Source of the DNA: an uncultured Chloroflexia bacterium
GTDB taxonomy: Bacteria; Chloroflexota; Limnocylindria; Limnocylindrales; CSP1-4
Length of the DNA stretch: 64,000 nt
Assembly (NCBI GenBank): GCA_963720315.1
Contig: CAVRFC010000002.1
Coordinates: 97,990-161,989 of the forward strand
Direction of reading: 5' to 3'
Position 1 is the first letter of the stretch, and the number at the start of each line of letters is the position of its first letter. Below, piece by piece: positions 16,997 to 25,525 of the stretch. The notes beneath the pieces are model-generated. The model did not search any database and was not told where the DNA came from. It was given only the letters and a program-made list of their open reading frames with translations. Made by a program: the position numbers and the translations under genes.

Positions 16997-18208
16997 GTGT
17001 CAGGACCCACCACGCGCAAATCGGCCGGGGACGCGGAGGATCGCAGGATCCGCCGGTCGTGGCTGGTCCTCTCGGGATCGCTGTTCATCCTCGCCCTGGC
17101 CGCGCTGCTGCGCGTGACGGTCGACGGCGCTCGGCCGCTCGACTGGCTGATGGTCGGGGTCGTCCTCGTGGTCGCCTTCGTCGCGGTCCGGCATCGGATG
17201 GCCGTCGGGGCGCTCGAGACCAGCCGACGCGGTGAAGCGGAGAGCTTCGCCCGGATCCTCCAGGGGCTGTCACGCTCGATCTCACCGGACGCGATCGTGG
17301 ATGCGATCGTGGAAGAGATCGGGTCGGGGACCGGGGCCGACCACATCGTCGTCGCTCGCCGCCGGCCCGACGCTCGCGTCCTCGAGGCGACGCTCGTCAA
17401 CACCCGGACCGGCGGTCCGAGCTCCACGACGCTCTTCCCGATCTCCGACCTCGAGGACCCGCCCGAACTGGACCGTGCCCGGGTCATCGACCCGGCAGTT
17501 CTCGTCGCCCGGCGGATCGCCGCCCGCGCGCGGCGGATCTACGGCCTCAAGCACACCCTGTCGGCACCGCTGACCACCGATGCCGGCGTCATCGGCGCGA
17601 TCGTGGCCTCGCGTCGGACGGCAGAGGCATGGCCCGAATCGGCCCAGCGGATCCTCACCGGTGCCGCCATCGAGGCCTCCGCGGCCCTCTCGCGGGCGTA
17701 CTCGCATCGAGAGGCCGAGGCACGCGCCTCGACGGATGCCCTCACCGGGCTCCCGAACCGGCGCTACTTCGACGAGTTCTGCGCGTTGCTCGCGCGCCGC
17801 CGTCGGTCGCAGGACGCGATCGGAATCCTGATGGTCGATATCGACCGATTCAAGCTGCTGAACGACGCCCATGGGCATGCCGTCGGCGACGAGGTGCTGC
17901 GGGCGGTCGCCGGGGCGATCGCCGGCGCCGTCCGTGAGGACGACGTCCCGGCCCGGTTCGGCGGCGAAGAGTTCGCCGTCCTGCTCCGCAACCCGCACAT
18001 CGACGAGGCCGTCGAGGTCGGCGAGCGCATTCGGATGGCCGTTTCGTCGCTCGACCTGTCGAGGTACGGCGTCCAGTCGGCGAGTGTCTCGGTCGGCGTC
18101 GCGGTGGCGACTCTTCCCCAACAGCCGATCGCCGAGGTCATCGAACAGGCTGATCGCGCCCTGTACGACGCGAAGCGCCGAGGTCGCGACCGGGTCGTCG
18201 CGGCGTAG
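16997..18208 (+). CDS. Membrane GAF-GGDEF diguanylate cyclase.
   Basis: TM helices (LVLSGSLFILALAALL, LMVGVVLVVAFVAV), then a GAF-like region. GGDEF domain with LTGLPNRRYF, MVDIDRFKLLND, catalytic RFGGEEFAVLL and YDAKRRGR. Confidence 0.8.
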   Translation: MSGPTTRKSAGDAEDRRIRRSWLVLSGSLFILALAALLRVTVDGARPLDWLMVGVVLVVAFVAVRHRMAVGALETSRRGEAESFARILQGLSRSISPDAIVDAIVEEIGSGTGADHIVVARRRPDARVLEATLVNTRTGGPSSTTLFPISDLEDPPELDRARVIDPAVLVARRIAARARRIYGLKHTLSAPLTTDAGVIGAIVASRRTAEAWPESAQRILTGAAIEASAALSRAYSHREAEARASTDALTGLPNRRYFDEFCALLARRRRSQDAIGILMVDIDRFKLLNDAHGHAVGDEVLRAVAGAIAGAVREDDVPARFGGEEFAVLLRNPHIDEAVEVGERIRMAVSSLDLSRYGVQSASVSVGVAVATLPQQPIAEVIEQADRALYDAKRRGRDRVVAA

Positions 18209-18254
18209 CGCCCACGAAGCCCGCACCGTCGCCTGACGCCTGCGTGGGTGGCGC

Positions 18255-20225
18255 ATGGAGGGAATCGGGCCTTGGTCGGGTAGCATCGGCCGAGTGACGA
18301 AGGAACGCGAACCTGACGACAAATCGACGATCGACGACGAGCCCGACCACGACAGGGACACCGACGTCGACGACGCAAACATCGCTGCCGACGACGATGC
18401 ATCCGCCGATGGCGAGCTGACCAACGGCAGCCTGGCCCGGATCTTCCACGAGATCGGCGACATGCTCGAGGTCAAGGGCGAACTCGTCTTCAAGACCGTT
18501 GCCTACCACCGGGCCGCCGACGCGATCGGGCGCAGTCCGGTCGACCTCGTCGCGGCCTACCGCTCGGGGACGCCGCCAAAGGTGCCTGGGGTCGGCCAGG
18601 CGATCAGCGACAAGATCGCCGAGCTGGTCACAACCGGCCGGATGCGGTTCTACGACACGCTGCGCGCGGAGATCCCGCCGAGCCTCGTCGGCATGCTCCA
18701 GATCCCGGGCCTCGGGCCGAAGACCGTCAAGCAGATCTACGAGGAGCTCGGCATCGAGACGCTGGAGGATCTTCGCCAGGCGGCCGAGGCCGGGACCCTC
18801 AAGTCGCTCAAGGGCCTGTCGGCGAAGACCGAGAGCCTCATCCTCGCCGGGATCACGGCCCTCGAGTCGCGCCCCAAACGCCTGCTCCTCAATCGGGCGG
18901 AGGACGCGATCGACGGGATCGCCGGAGCGATCCTCGCCGCCCCCGGCGTGACCCGCGTCGAGCCCGCCGGCTCATTCCGGCGGAAGAAGGAGACGATCGG
19001 CGACCTCGACCTGCTCGTCGAGACGTCCGAGCCGAAGGCCGTGATGGACCGCTTCCTCGGACTCGGCGCCGTCGACGCTGTGATCGGCAAGGGCGACCAC
19101 AAGAGCGCCGTCCGACTCCTGCGCGGCCCGCAGGTTGACCTCATGGCGATGGCGCCGGGCGAGGCCGGGCCGTACCTCGTCCACTTCACCGGCTCGAAGG
19201 AGCACAACGTCCGGCTCCGCGCCCGCGCCCGGGACCGCGGCTGGAGCCTGTCCGAGTACGGCTTCATCCGGATCGGCGAGGACGGCGAGCCGCTGACGGG
19301 CGATGCCGCCGAGCGACGGACCTTCGCGACCGAGGAAGAGACGTATGCCTTCCTCGACTTGCCGTTCATCGAGCCCGAACTTCGTGAGAACGAGGGCGAG
19401 ATCGAGGCGGCCTTGACGGGCACCCTGCCGACCCTCATCACCCAGGCCGACCTGCGCGGCGACTGCCACACCCACTCGGAATGGAGCGATGGCGCCCACG
19501 CCATCGAGACGATGGCCGAGGCCTGCCGCCGGCGCGGCTACGCCTACGAGGTCCTGACCGACCACTCGTTCTCGCTCGCGATCGCTCGTGGCCTCGCTCC
19601 GGACCGCGTCGAGCAGCAACGGACGATCATCGCCGAGCTGAATGCCCGCTTCGAGCAGGAGGAGCGCGACGGGATGGCGCCGCCGGAGACACCGCCGGAG
19701 GGCTTCCGCCTCCTCCACGGCTGCGAGCTCGAAGTCCGGGCGGACGGCGTCCTCGACTACGACGAAGATCTCTTATCGCGCTTCGACCTGGTCGTTGCCT
19801 CGGTCCATGTGTCCCGCCGCCAGCCTCGCGCGGAGTTGACCCGCCGGACGCTCAACGCGATCCGCAGCCCGCACGTCGACATCATCGCCCACCCCTCCGG
19901 TCGAATGATCCAGACCCGGGACGATCTCGACCTCGACTGGGAATCCATCTACGCGGCGGCGGCCGCGACGGGAACCGCCCTCGAGATGAATGGCTCGCCG
20001 CACCGGCTCGACCTATCGGTGGAGCGTGCCCGTCGGGCGGTCGAGGCCGGCTGCGTCCTCACGATCGACTCCGACGCGCATAGCACCAGCGAGCTCGATT
20101 ACATTCGCTGGGGCGTCACCCAGGCTCGGCGGGCGTGGGTCGAGCCGCGATCCGTCCTCAATACGAGGTCCCGCGCCGAACTCCTGGCGTGGGTGGCCGG
20201 GGCGCCAGCCCGGTCGACGGCCTGA
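18255..20225 (+). CDS. polX: Family X DNA polymerase (PolX) with C-terminal PHP phosphoesterase domain.
   Basis: Acidic N-terminal tail. HhH motifs (IPGLGPKTVKQIYEELGI). Pol-beta-like palm (ETIGDLDLLVE, GSFRRKKETIGDLD) and SEYGF. PHP domain (DCHTHSEWSDG, DHSFSL, VHVSRR, TIDSDAHS). Confidence 0.85.
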   Translation: MEGIGPWSGSIGRVTKEREPDDKSTIDDEPDHDRDTDVDDANIAADDDASADGELTNGSLARIFHEIGDMLEVKGELVFKTVAYHRAADAIGRSPVDLVAAYRSGTPPKVPGVGQAISDKIAELVTTGRMRFYDTLRAEIPPSLVGMLQIPGLGPKTVKQIYEELGIETLEDLRQAAEAGTLKSLKGLSAKTESLILAGITALESRPKRLLLNRAEDAIDGIAGAILAAPGVTRVEPAGSFRRKKETIGDLDLLVETSEPKAVMDRFLGLGAVDAVIGKGDHKSAVRLLRGPQVDLMAMAPGEAGPYLVHFTGSKEHNVRLRARARDRGWSLSEYGFIRIGEDGEPLTGDAAERRTFATEEETYAFLDLPFIEPELRENEGEIEAALTGTLPTLITQADLRGDCHTHSEWSDGAHAIETMAEACRRRGYAYEVLTDHSFSLAIARGLAPDRVEQQRTIIAELNARFEQEERDGMAPPETPPEGFRLLHGCELEVRADGVLDYDEDLLSRFDLVVASVHVSRRQPRAELTRRTLNAIRSPHVDIIAHPSGRMIQTRDDLDLDWESIYAAAAATGTALEMNGSPHRLDLSVERARRAVEAGCVLTIDSDAHSTSELDYIRWGVTQARRAWVEPRSVLNTRSRAELLAWVAGAPARSTA

Positions 20226-20242
20226 CCGCTACCATCCAGTCC

Positions 20243-21073
20243 GTGCAACGCTCCGTGGCGCTCGAGGTTCCCGCGACTCGCCGCGACCTCGCCCTGCTCG
20301 TCGTCGTCATCGTCGGGCTGGCACGCCTGCTCGACGGCCCGCTCAACTGGCTCGTTGCCGTCCTGTTGCTCTTAGCTACTCTGCTCGGCTCGCTCCAGGT
20401 GCTCGGCCAGCTCGACGCGCCCGAGGCGGAGCACGGCGTCCCGATCGAGTCGCTCATTCTCCCGGCGGTCGCGGCGATCGGATGCATGGGCGCCATCTCG
20501 CTCGTCCCGGTCGGGGTTCTGATGCTGCCGGCGCTCGCGGCGACGGCCTTCCTCGTCGACCGCACGCTGGTCCTCGAGGAACGGATCCTCGTCTCGGATC
20601 GGGCGCTGACGCCGGAGGACCGTTCGGCGGTCCTGTCATCGACGCTGCTGGTCGCGTTCATCGCCTTCGTCGGTGCCGCGGCACTCGTCCCCGGTGGGCT
20701 GGCGGGCGGACCTGGCGAGCCCGTGCCGCCGCTTTCCGGCAGGGACCTCCTGCTTCTGGCGGGCGCCGACGCCGTCGTCGCGGGTCTGCTCGGCTACCGC
20801 GCCGCGGCGCTCCGGATGACGATGCTCCGCGACGTCCTGTGGTCTGCTGCGACCTACGCGATCGCAATCGCCATCGGCGCGGCCGCGCTCCGGGCGATGG
20901 AGATCCCGCGGCTCATCGGCCCGGCCCTCCTGACACTCGCCTTCTACCTCTGGGATGCCTTCCACGGCGCATCGCCGTCCCTCCGCCGCGACCCGCGCTG
21001 GATCTGGCAGACTGCGCTGCTCGTAATTCTCGGGATCATCGTCGCCGGCTGGAACGTGCTGATCCGCGCCTGA
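20243..21073 (+). CDS. Integral membrane protein, function unknown.
   Basis: In-frame GTG at 20243. Six to seven hydrophobic helices (LALLVVVIVGLARLL, LVAVLLLLATLLGSL, LILPAVAAIGCMGAISLVPVGVLMLPALAA...). No recognised domain. Confidence 0.5.
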   Translation: MQRSVALEVPATRRDLALLVVVIVGLARLLDGPLNWLVAVLLLLATLLGSLQVLGQLDAPEAEHGVPIESLILPAVAAIGCMGAISLVPVGVLMLPALAATAFLVDRTLVLEERILVSDRALTPEDRSAVLSSTLLVAFIAFVGAAALVPGGLAGGPGEPVPPLSGRDLLLLAGADAVVAGLLGYRAAALRMTMLRDVLWSAATYAIAIAIGAAALRAMEIPRLIGPALLTLAFYLWDAFHGASPSLRRDPRWIWQTALLVILGIIVAGWNVLIRA

Positions 21074-21103
21074 TCGGGCGTCGCGGATCCAGCGACGCGA
21101 CGC

Positions 21104-21406
21104 TCATCCGCGCAGCGTCTCGACCTCGTTGATCAGGTCCCAAGTCTCCTTTCGGACCTTCCGGTCGTGCTCGTGAATCACGTCGACTAGGGCGTCGATC
21201 CCGCTGTCAGCGGCGAAGCATGCGGGGTGCACCAGGCGGAAGCCGGAGGTGCGCAGGTCCTCGACGAACGGTATCCACGTGGGCCGCACGTCGTCAGAGT
21301 GCCCATCGGCGGCCGCGAGTCCAACGGCGGCCGCATCGCCGTCGACCGTCCGTCCGCAGCGACCGCAGTCATCAAGTTCCACCGAGACGATGTAGTCCGC
21401 AGGCAC
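21104..21406 (-). CDS. Small hypothetical protein (100 aa) with CxxC and HPAC motifs.
   Basis: ORF with GTG start: MPADYIVSVELDDCGRCGRTVDG...LVHPACFAADSG...ETLRG*. Codon usage matches neighbouring genes. No recognised domain. Confidence 0.35.
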   Translation of the reverse strand: MPADYIVSVELDDCGRCGRTVDGDAAAVGLAAADGHSDDVRPTWIPFVEDLRTSGFRLVHPACFAADSGIDALVDVIHEHDRKVRKETWDLINEVETLRG

Positions 21407-21496
21407 CGGGAATAGGCCGCCAGAAGTCCGTCCACGAAACCTTAGGCGCAGAGATCACCCGGATCTCGCTCGCCATCGGCTCCTTGCGGGACTCAG

Positions 21497-21519
21497 TTAG
21501 CCTTCGGCAGCTGCCAAGG
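21497..21519. repeat. Copy 1 of a 23-bp palindromic element (gttagccttcggcagctgccaag).
   Basis: Near-palindrome ccttcggcagctgccaagg containing CAGCTG. Sits in the 332-bp divergent intergenic region between the small hypothetical gene (-) and the TPR gene (+). A 22 of 23 match in inverted orientation lies at 41447-41469. Confidence 0.5.
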
Positions 21520-21738
21520 ATGGATCTGAGCCAACATCCACAGTCCGCTTCCCGCCCAAGGTCGCTGACCGAGACATTTGGCAGGGATCGCGGGCAGCGC
21601 GCGGCGCCGAGGGATCGGGGTGCCGTGTTTGACGAACCGGGCCGGCGATGCTAGAAAGCTGTACTCCCTCGGTACGCTTCTTCGCGTCGAAGCGATCCGC
21701 TGGGCACGTTCGCGCGATCCCGAAAGGACGACCTCCTC

Positions 21739-22596
21739 GTGACCTTCCCCGAAGTCGACTCCCAGCCATCGAGCGCCGTCAACCAGACGCGCCTGAAGCG
21801 CCAGCTGGCGGACCAGGCGATCGCCCAGGCTACGGCGGCCCAGTGGACCGAGGCGACGGAGACGAACCAGCGGCTGCTCGAGCTCGGTCCTGACGCCGAG
21901 GCAGAGAACCGCCTGGCGAAGGCCCTCTGGGAGCAGGGTGAGCTGGGGGCCGCTCGCGAGCACTACCAGACGGCCCTCGCCCTCGACCCGACGAACCGGA
22001 TCGCCGAGAGGAATATCGATCGCCTCCGCGTCCTCCTCGTCGACGCCGGCGACAAGACCGTCCCGGCTCAGGCGGGTAGCAAGGCCCCGGTCTCGATCTT
22101 CGTCGAGGAGACCGGCAAGACGGGCTTCGCCTTCCTGACCGACCTGCCGAATCCGCGCAAGCTCGCCCAGGTGAACCCGGGCGACGCCGTGGATCTCGCA
22201 CCAGAGGGTAGCCGGCTGATCGCGACGAGCAACGGGATGCGGATCGGCGTCGTCGAGCCACGCGTCGCCGCTCGCCTGCTCAAGCTGATCGCCGACGGCA
22301 ACAAGTACGCCGCCGGGGTCACGTCGCTCGGCGACAAGGACGTCCGGATCATCATCCGCGAGATCTACCAGGACCCACGCAACTACGGCAAGGTCTCGTT
22401 CCCGACGGCCGCCAAGTCGACCGACCTCCGGCCATACACGAAGGGCACCCTCGTCCGCGAGGAGATGGACCTGGAGGAGGATCTCGAGGACGACGAGGAG
22501 GACGAGGAGATCGAGGATCTCGACCGCGTCCTGCCGCCGGAGGCCACGACGGACGAGGCCTTCGAAGAAGAGGCCGACGACCTCGACGAGGCGTAG
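21739..22596 (+). CDS. TPR-repeat protein with a strongly acidic C-terminal tail.
   Basis: GTG 21739. TPR-like helices (AENRLAKALWEQGELGAAREHYQTALALDPTN). C-terminus EEMDLEEDLEDDEEDEEIEDLD...EEEADDLDEA. The next gene starts 37 bp downstream. Confidence 0.6.
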   Translation: MTFPEVDSQPSSAVNQTRLKRQLADQAIAQATAAQWTEATETNQRLLELGPDAEAENRLAKALWEQGELGAAREHYQTALALDPTNRIAERNIDRLRVLLVDAGDKTVPAQAGSKAPVSIFVEETGKTGFAFLTDLPNPRKLAQVNPGDAVDLAPEGSRLIATSNGMRIGVVEPRVAARLLKLIADGNKYAAGVTSLGDKDVRIIIREIYQDPRNYGKVSFPTAAKSTDLRPYTKGTLVREEMDLEEDLEDDEEDEEIEDLDRVLPPEATTDEAFEEEADDLDEA

Positions 22597-22632
22597 GCCC
22601 CGAGGCCCACGCCGGCCGAGTACGCTGTCCTG

Positions 22633-25431
22633 ATGGCGGGTCGCGCGTCCCTCGTCCGAGCCGAACCCGGGTTTTCGCTCCCGTTCTTCGATCGGCTCGC
22701 TCCGGCCCCACCGCCGGCGCTGGTCATCGCCCGGATCGAGGCTCATACCTCGCCGGGTGACATCGTCCTCGACCTCCACGGGCGCGGCGGCTGGGTCGCC
22801 CATGCGGCGATCGCCCGCCAGCGACCGACTGTCAGTCTCGAATCGAGCCCGCTGACCCGGCTCCTCGCCGAGCTCGTCCTTCGGCCCCCTGATCTCCGCC
22901 ATCTCGACGCGGCCTTCCAGGCCATGTCCGCCTCGCCGCGTCGCCAATCGAGCCTCAAGGTGGCCGTCGGCGAGCTGTTCGCGACGCGCTGCCCGACCTG
23001 CGAGCGGATGCTCACAGCCGACGAGTTCATCTGGGCGGGCACGCCGAATGGTGACGAGGGCGAGGCCGCCGATGCCGGACCCGCCCGAAAGCATTACCGC
23101 TGCCCGATTTGCCGCGGTCAGCGCGGCGGCGCCGACCAGCGGACCGCGCCCCTCGACGAGGACGACCTCGAACGGGCCCGGTCGATCCCGGAGGACGCGG
23201 ACATCGCCCGCAGCCGCCTGCGTGATCGCTTCCCTGTCGTCGAGGGCGGAACCGCGATCGTCGATGGCTTGCTCGACCTCCATACGCCGCGCCAGCTCGT
23301 CGGCCTCGAGGCGATCCTCGAGCGGGTCGAGGGCGATCTGCGGGCGGCTCCGGTCGAGGCTGCACTGCGGTTGGCGCTCCTGCACGCTCTGCTGCCGGCC
23401 AGTCGCCTGAACGGCTATCCGGGGCGGGTCGGATCGCTCCGGATCCAGGGCGGTCGAGTTCGCCCACCCGGCAGCGGCCAGTGGCGGGAACGCAACCCGT
23501 GGCTCGCCTTCGAAGACGGCATCCGGCTCGTCCGCGGCTTCATCCAGCGGCTGGAGGGCCACTCGCTGGGGTCCGTCCAGGCGCGCCTTGGCAGCGATCT
23601 CCGGAGCCTCGTGGACGGCTCTGCGACCGCCGTGCTCGGCGTAGCCGGGCCCTCGGCGGCCCGCTCGCTCGGTTGGGACCCGGGCGAGGCCGGTGGATCG
23701 GGAGGAGGGCGGCGTGTCCGGCTCGTCCTCGGCCAGCCGCCAGTCCGGCCGAACCAGGAGCGCCTGTCGCTCGCGTACTGGGGCACTGCCTGGGCTCTCG
23801 GTCGCGAGTCGGCGGCTGTCCTCCCGCTCGCCGCGCTGTCGGGCAGTGCCATCCGGGCTCCGTGGGGCTGGCAGGCGGCCGCCCTGGATCGATCGCTCGC
23901 GGCGGTCGAACCCTCGCTCGCTCGCGACGCCCGCGTCGTGTTCCTCGTCGATGGCGGCGGACCGGAGGCGCTCGTGGCCGCGGCGCTCGGCGGTGTCGGG
24001 GCGGGCTTCCGCCTCCTCCGCGCCCGGATCGAGGACGGCGACGACGAGCTCGCCGGGCTCATTGAGCTAGTCCCACCGGGGGCGACGATGCCTGCCGGGC
24101 CCCGAACACGGGCCAACGTCATGCTCGATGCCCTGCCGGGCGGCGTGGGCGACACGGAGGTCGCGCCGGGTCCCGGGCTGTTCGTCGCTCCAGAACGCTT
24201 CGACCGACGGCCGTTCTCAGCCGCCGAGGTCGCCCGGACGGTGACCGAGATCGCCGTCGAGACGATCAAGGCCCGCGGCGAGCCGGCCCGACACGAGCGA
24301 CTGCTGGGCGAGATCCTCGTTGGGCTCGACCGAGCCGGACAGCTGCGCCGTCTCATGGCCGTCGACGGGGAAGACGCCCAGCCCGCCGCGGACCTCAGCG
24401 CGGACTCGGTGACGCGATCGGCGGAGGAGCCAGCTACCGCCGACCGACCGATCCCCGACGACGAGCCGGAAGGCCCCGCGTTGCGCAATCCGGGCGGGCC
24501 GACGCCGGCCCGCATCCGACGCCCCGCCCGCCCCGCGGACGCGACGACCGACCAGGTCGATAGGCTGATGACGCTCATCCGGGACGAGCTCAGCCGGCCC
24601 GGTCACCGCCGGTTGACCGAGATCGAGCCGGGCCGCTGGTGGCTGGCCGATCCGGCCGATCGGGCCGCCGCGGCTGCGCCACTTGCCGATCGAGTCGAAT
24701 GGGCCGTCTACAGCCTGCTATCGACCGCGGGAACGCTGTCCGAGGCGTCATTCTTCGAGCGCATCGCCGCGCTGTTCTCCGGCCACGACCTGCCGGACGA
24801 GGCCCTCGTCAGGGCGTGCCTCCAGAGCTATCGGAGCATGGCCAGCACGCCGGACCGCCTGGTAACCGGCGATGATCTGCTCCGCCGGACCCAGCAACAC
24901 GCCGAGACGATCGCCCAGCTCGCGGATGGCGGCCATCGGCTCGGGATGAATGTCTGGATCGGCCGCCGCGAGCAGGCTCGGAAGCTTGGCACGCGACGGC
25001 TGGGTGACTGGCTCGACGAGCGCGAGCACCGGGCGTATCTCGTCCAGATCAGCCGAGCGGTCGACGACGTCGCCGAGGTCGACTGCATCTGGTATGTCCG
25101 GGGCCGAGCCGCGCTGCTATTCGAGGTGGAATGGACGGCGATGCTCGGCGAGCCGCTCCTCCGCCGGCACGCCCGGATCCCCGCCGACGATTCGCTGGTT
25201 CGCTTTTTCGTCGTCGCGCCGGAGCGGACGGAGCTCATCCGCCACAAGCTCGAGCGCTCGCCCCTCCTGCGTGAGGCGGTCGAACGCGACAACTGGCACG
25301 TGATCAAGTGGAACCACCTGCAGGCCTTCCTGGGCCGCGAACCCCTCGATCTTGCCGACCTGGAGCCCTACCTCGGCCTCGATCCCGTCGTCGAGCGATC
25401 CGGGGAGCAGATGCCGCTGTTCGAGGGCTGA
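22633..25431 (+). CDS. Large (932 aa) conserved hypothetical protein: N-terminal class-I methyltransferase-like motif plus CxxC(x24)CxxC zinc ribbon; remainder unknown.
   Basis: ATG 22633. Motif-I-like DIVLDLHGRGGWVAHAAIA, then acidic beta2 (PTVSLESS). Zinc ribbon CPTCERM...CPICRGQRGG. Long Ala/Arg/Leu-rich middle region. C-terminal block VDCIWYVRGRAALLFEVEWTAML...RFFVVAPERTELIRHKLE. No P-loop. Confidence 0.6.
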   Translation: MAGRASLVRAEPGFSLPFFDRLAPAPPPALVIARIEAHTSPGDIVLDLHGRGGWVAHAAIARQRPTVSLESSPLTRLLAELVLRPPDLRHLDAAFQAMSASPRRQSSLKVAVGELFATRCPTCERMLTADEFIWAGTPNGDEGEAADAGPARKHYRCPICRGQRGGADQRTAPLDEDDLERARSIPEDADIARSRLRDRFPVVEGGTAIVDGLLDLHTPRQLVGLEAILERVEGDLRAAPVEAALRLALLHALLPASRLNGYPGRVGSLRIQGGRVRPPGSGQWRERNPWLAFEDGIRLVRGFIQRLEGHSLGSVQARLGSDLRSLVDGSATAVLGVAGPSAARSLGWDPGEAGGSGGGRRVRLVLGQPPVRPNQERLSLAYWGTAWALGRESAAVLPLAALSGSAIRAPWGWQAAALDRSLAAVEPSLARDARVVFLVDGGGPEALVAAALGGVGAGFRLLRARIEDGDDELAGLIELVPPGATMPAGPRTRANVMLDALPGGVGDTEVAPGPGLFVAPERFDRRPFSAAEVARTVTEIAVETIKARGEPARHERLLGEILVGLDRAGQLRRLMAVDGEDAQPAADLSADSVTRSAEEPATADRPIPDDEPEGPALRNPGGPTPARIRRPARPADATTDQVDRLMTLIRDELSRPGHRRLTEIEPGRWWLADPADRAAAAAPLADRVEWAVYSLLSTAGTLSEASFFERIAALFSGHDLPDEALVRACLQSYRSMASTPDRLVTGDDLLRRTQQHAETIAQLADGGHRLGMNVWIGRREQARKLGTRRLGDWLDEREHRAYLVQISRAVDDVAEVDCIWYVRGRAALLFEVEWTAMLGEPLLRRHARIPADDSLVRFFVVAPERTELIRHKLERSPLLREAVERDNWHVIKWNHLQAFLGREPLDLADLEPYLGLDPVVERSGEQMPLFEG

Positions 25432-25525
25432 TTCCGCCCCGGTCGACCGCGACGCCTTGTCGCGCGCTGCACGGTACCCTGTCCGCCAACACACCCGAAT
25501 CAGACGCCCAATCCCGGAGGACCAT

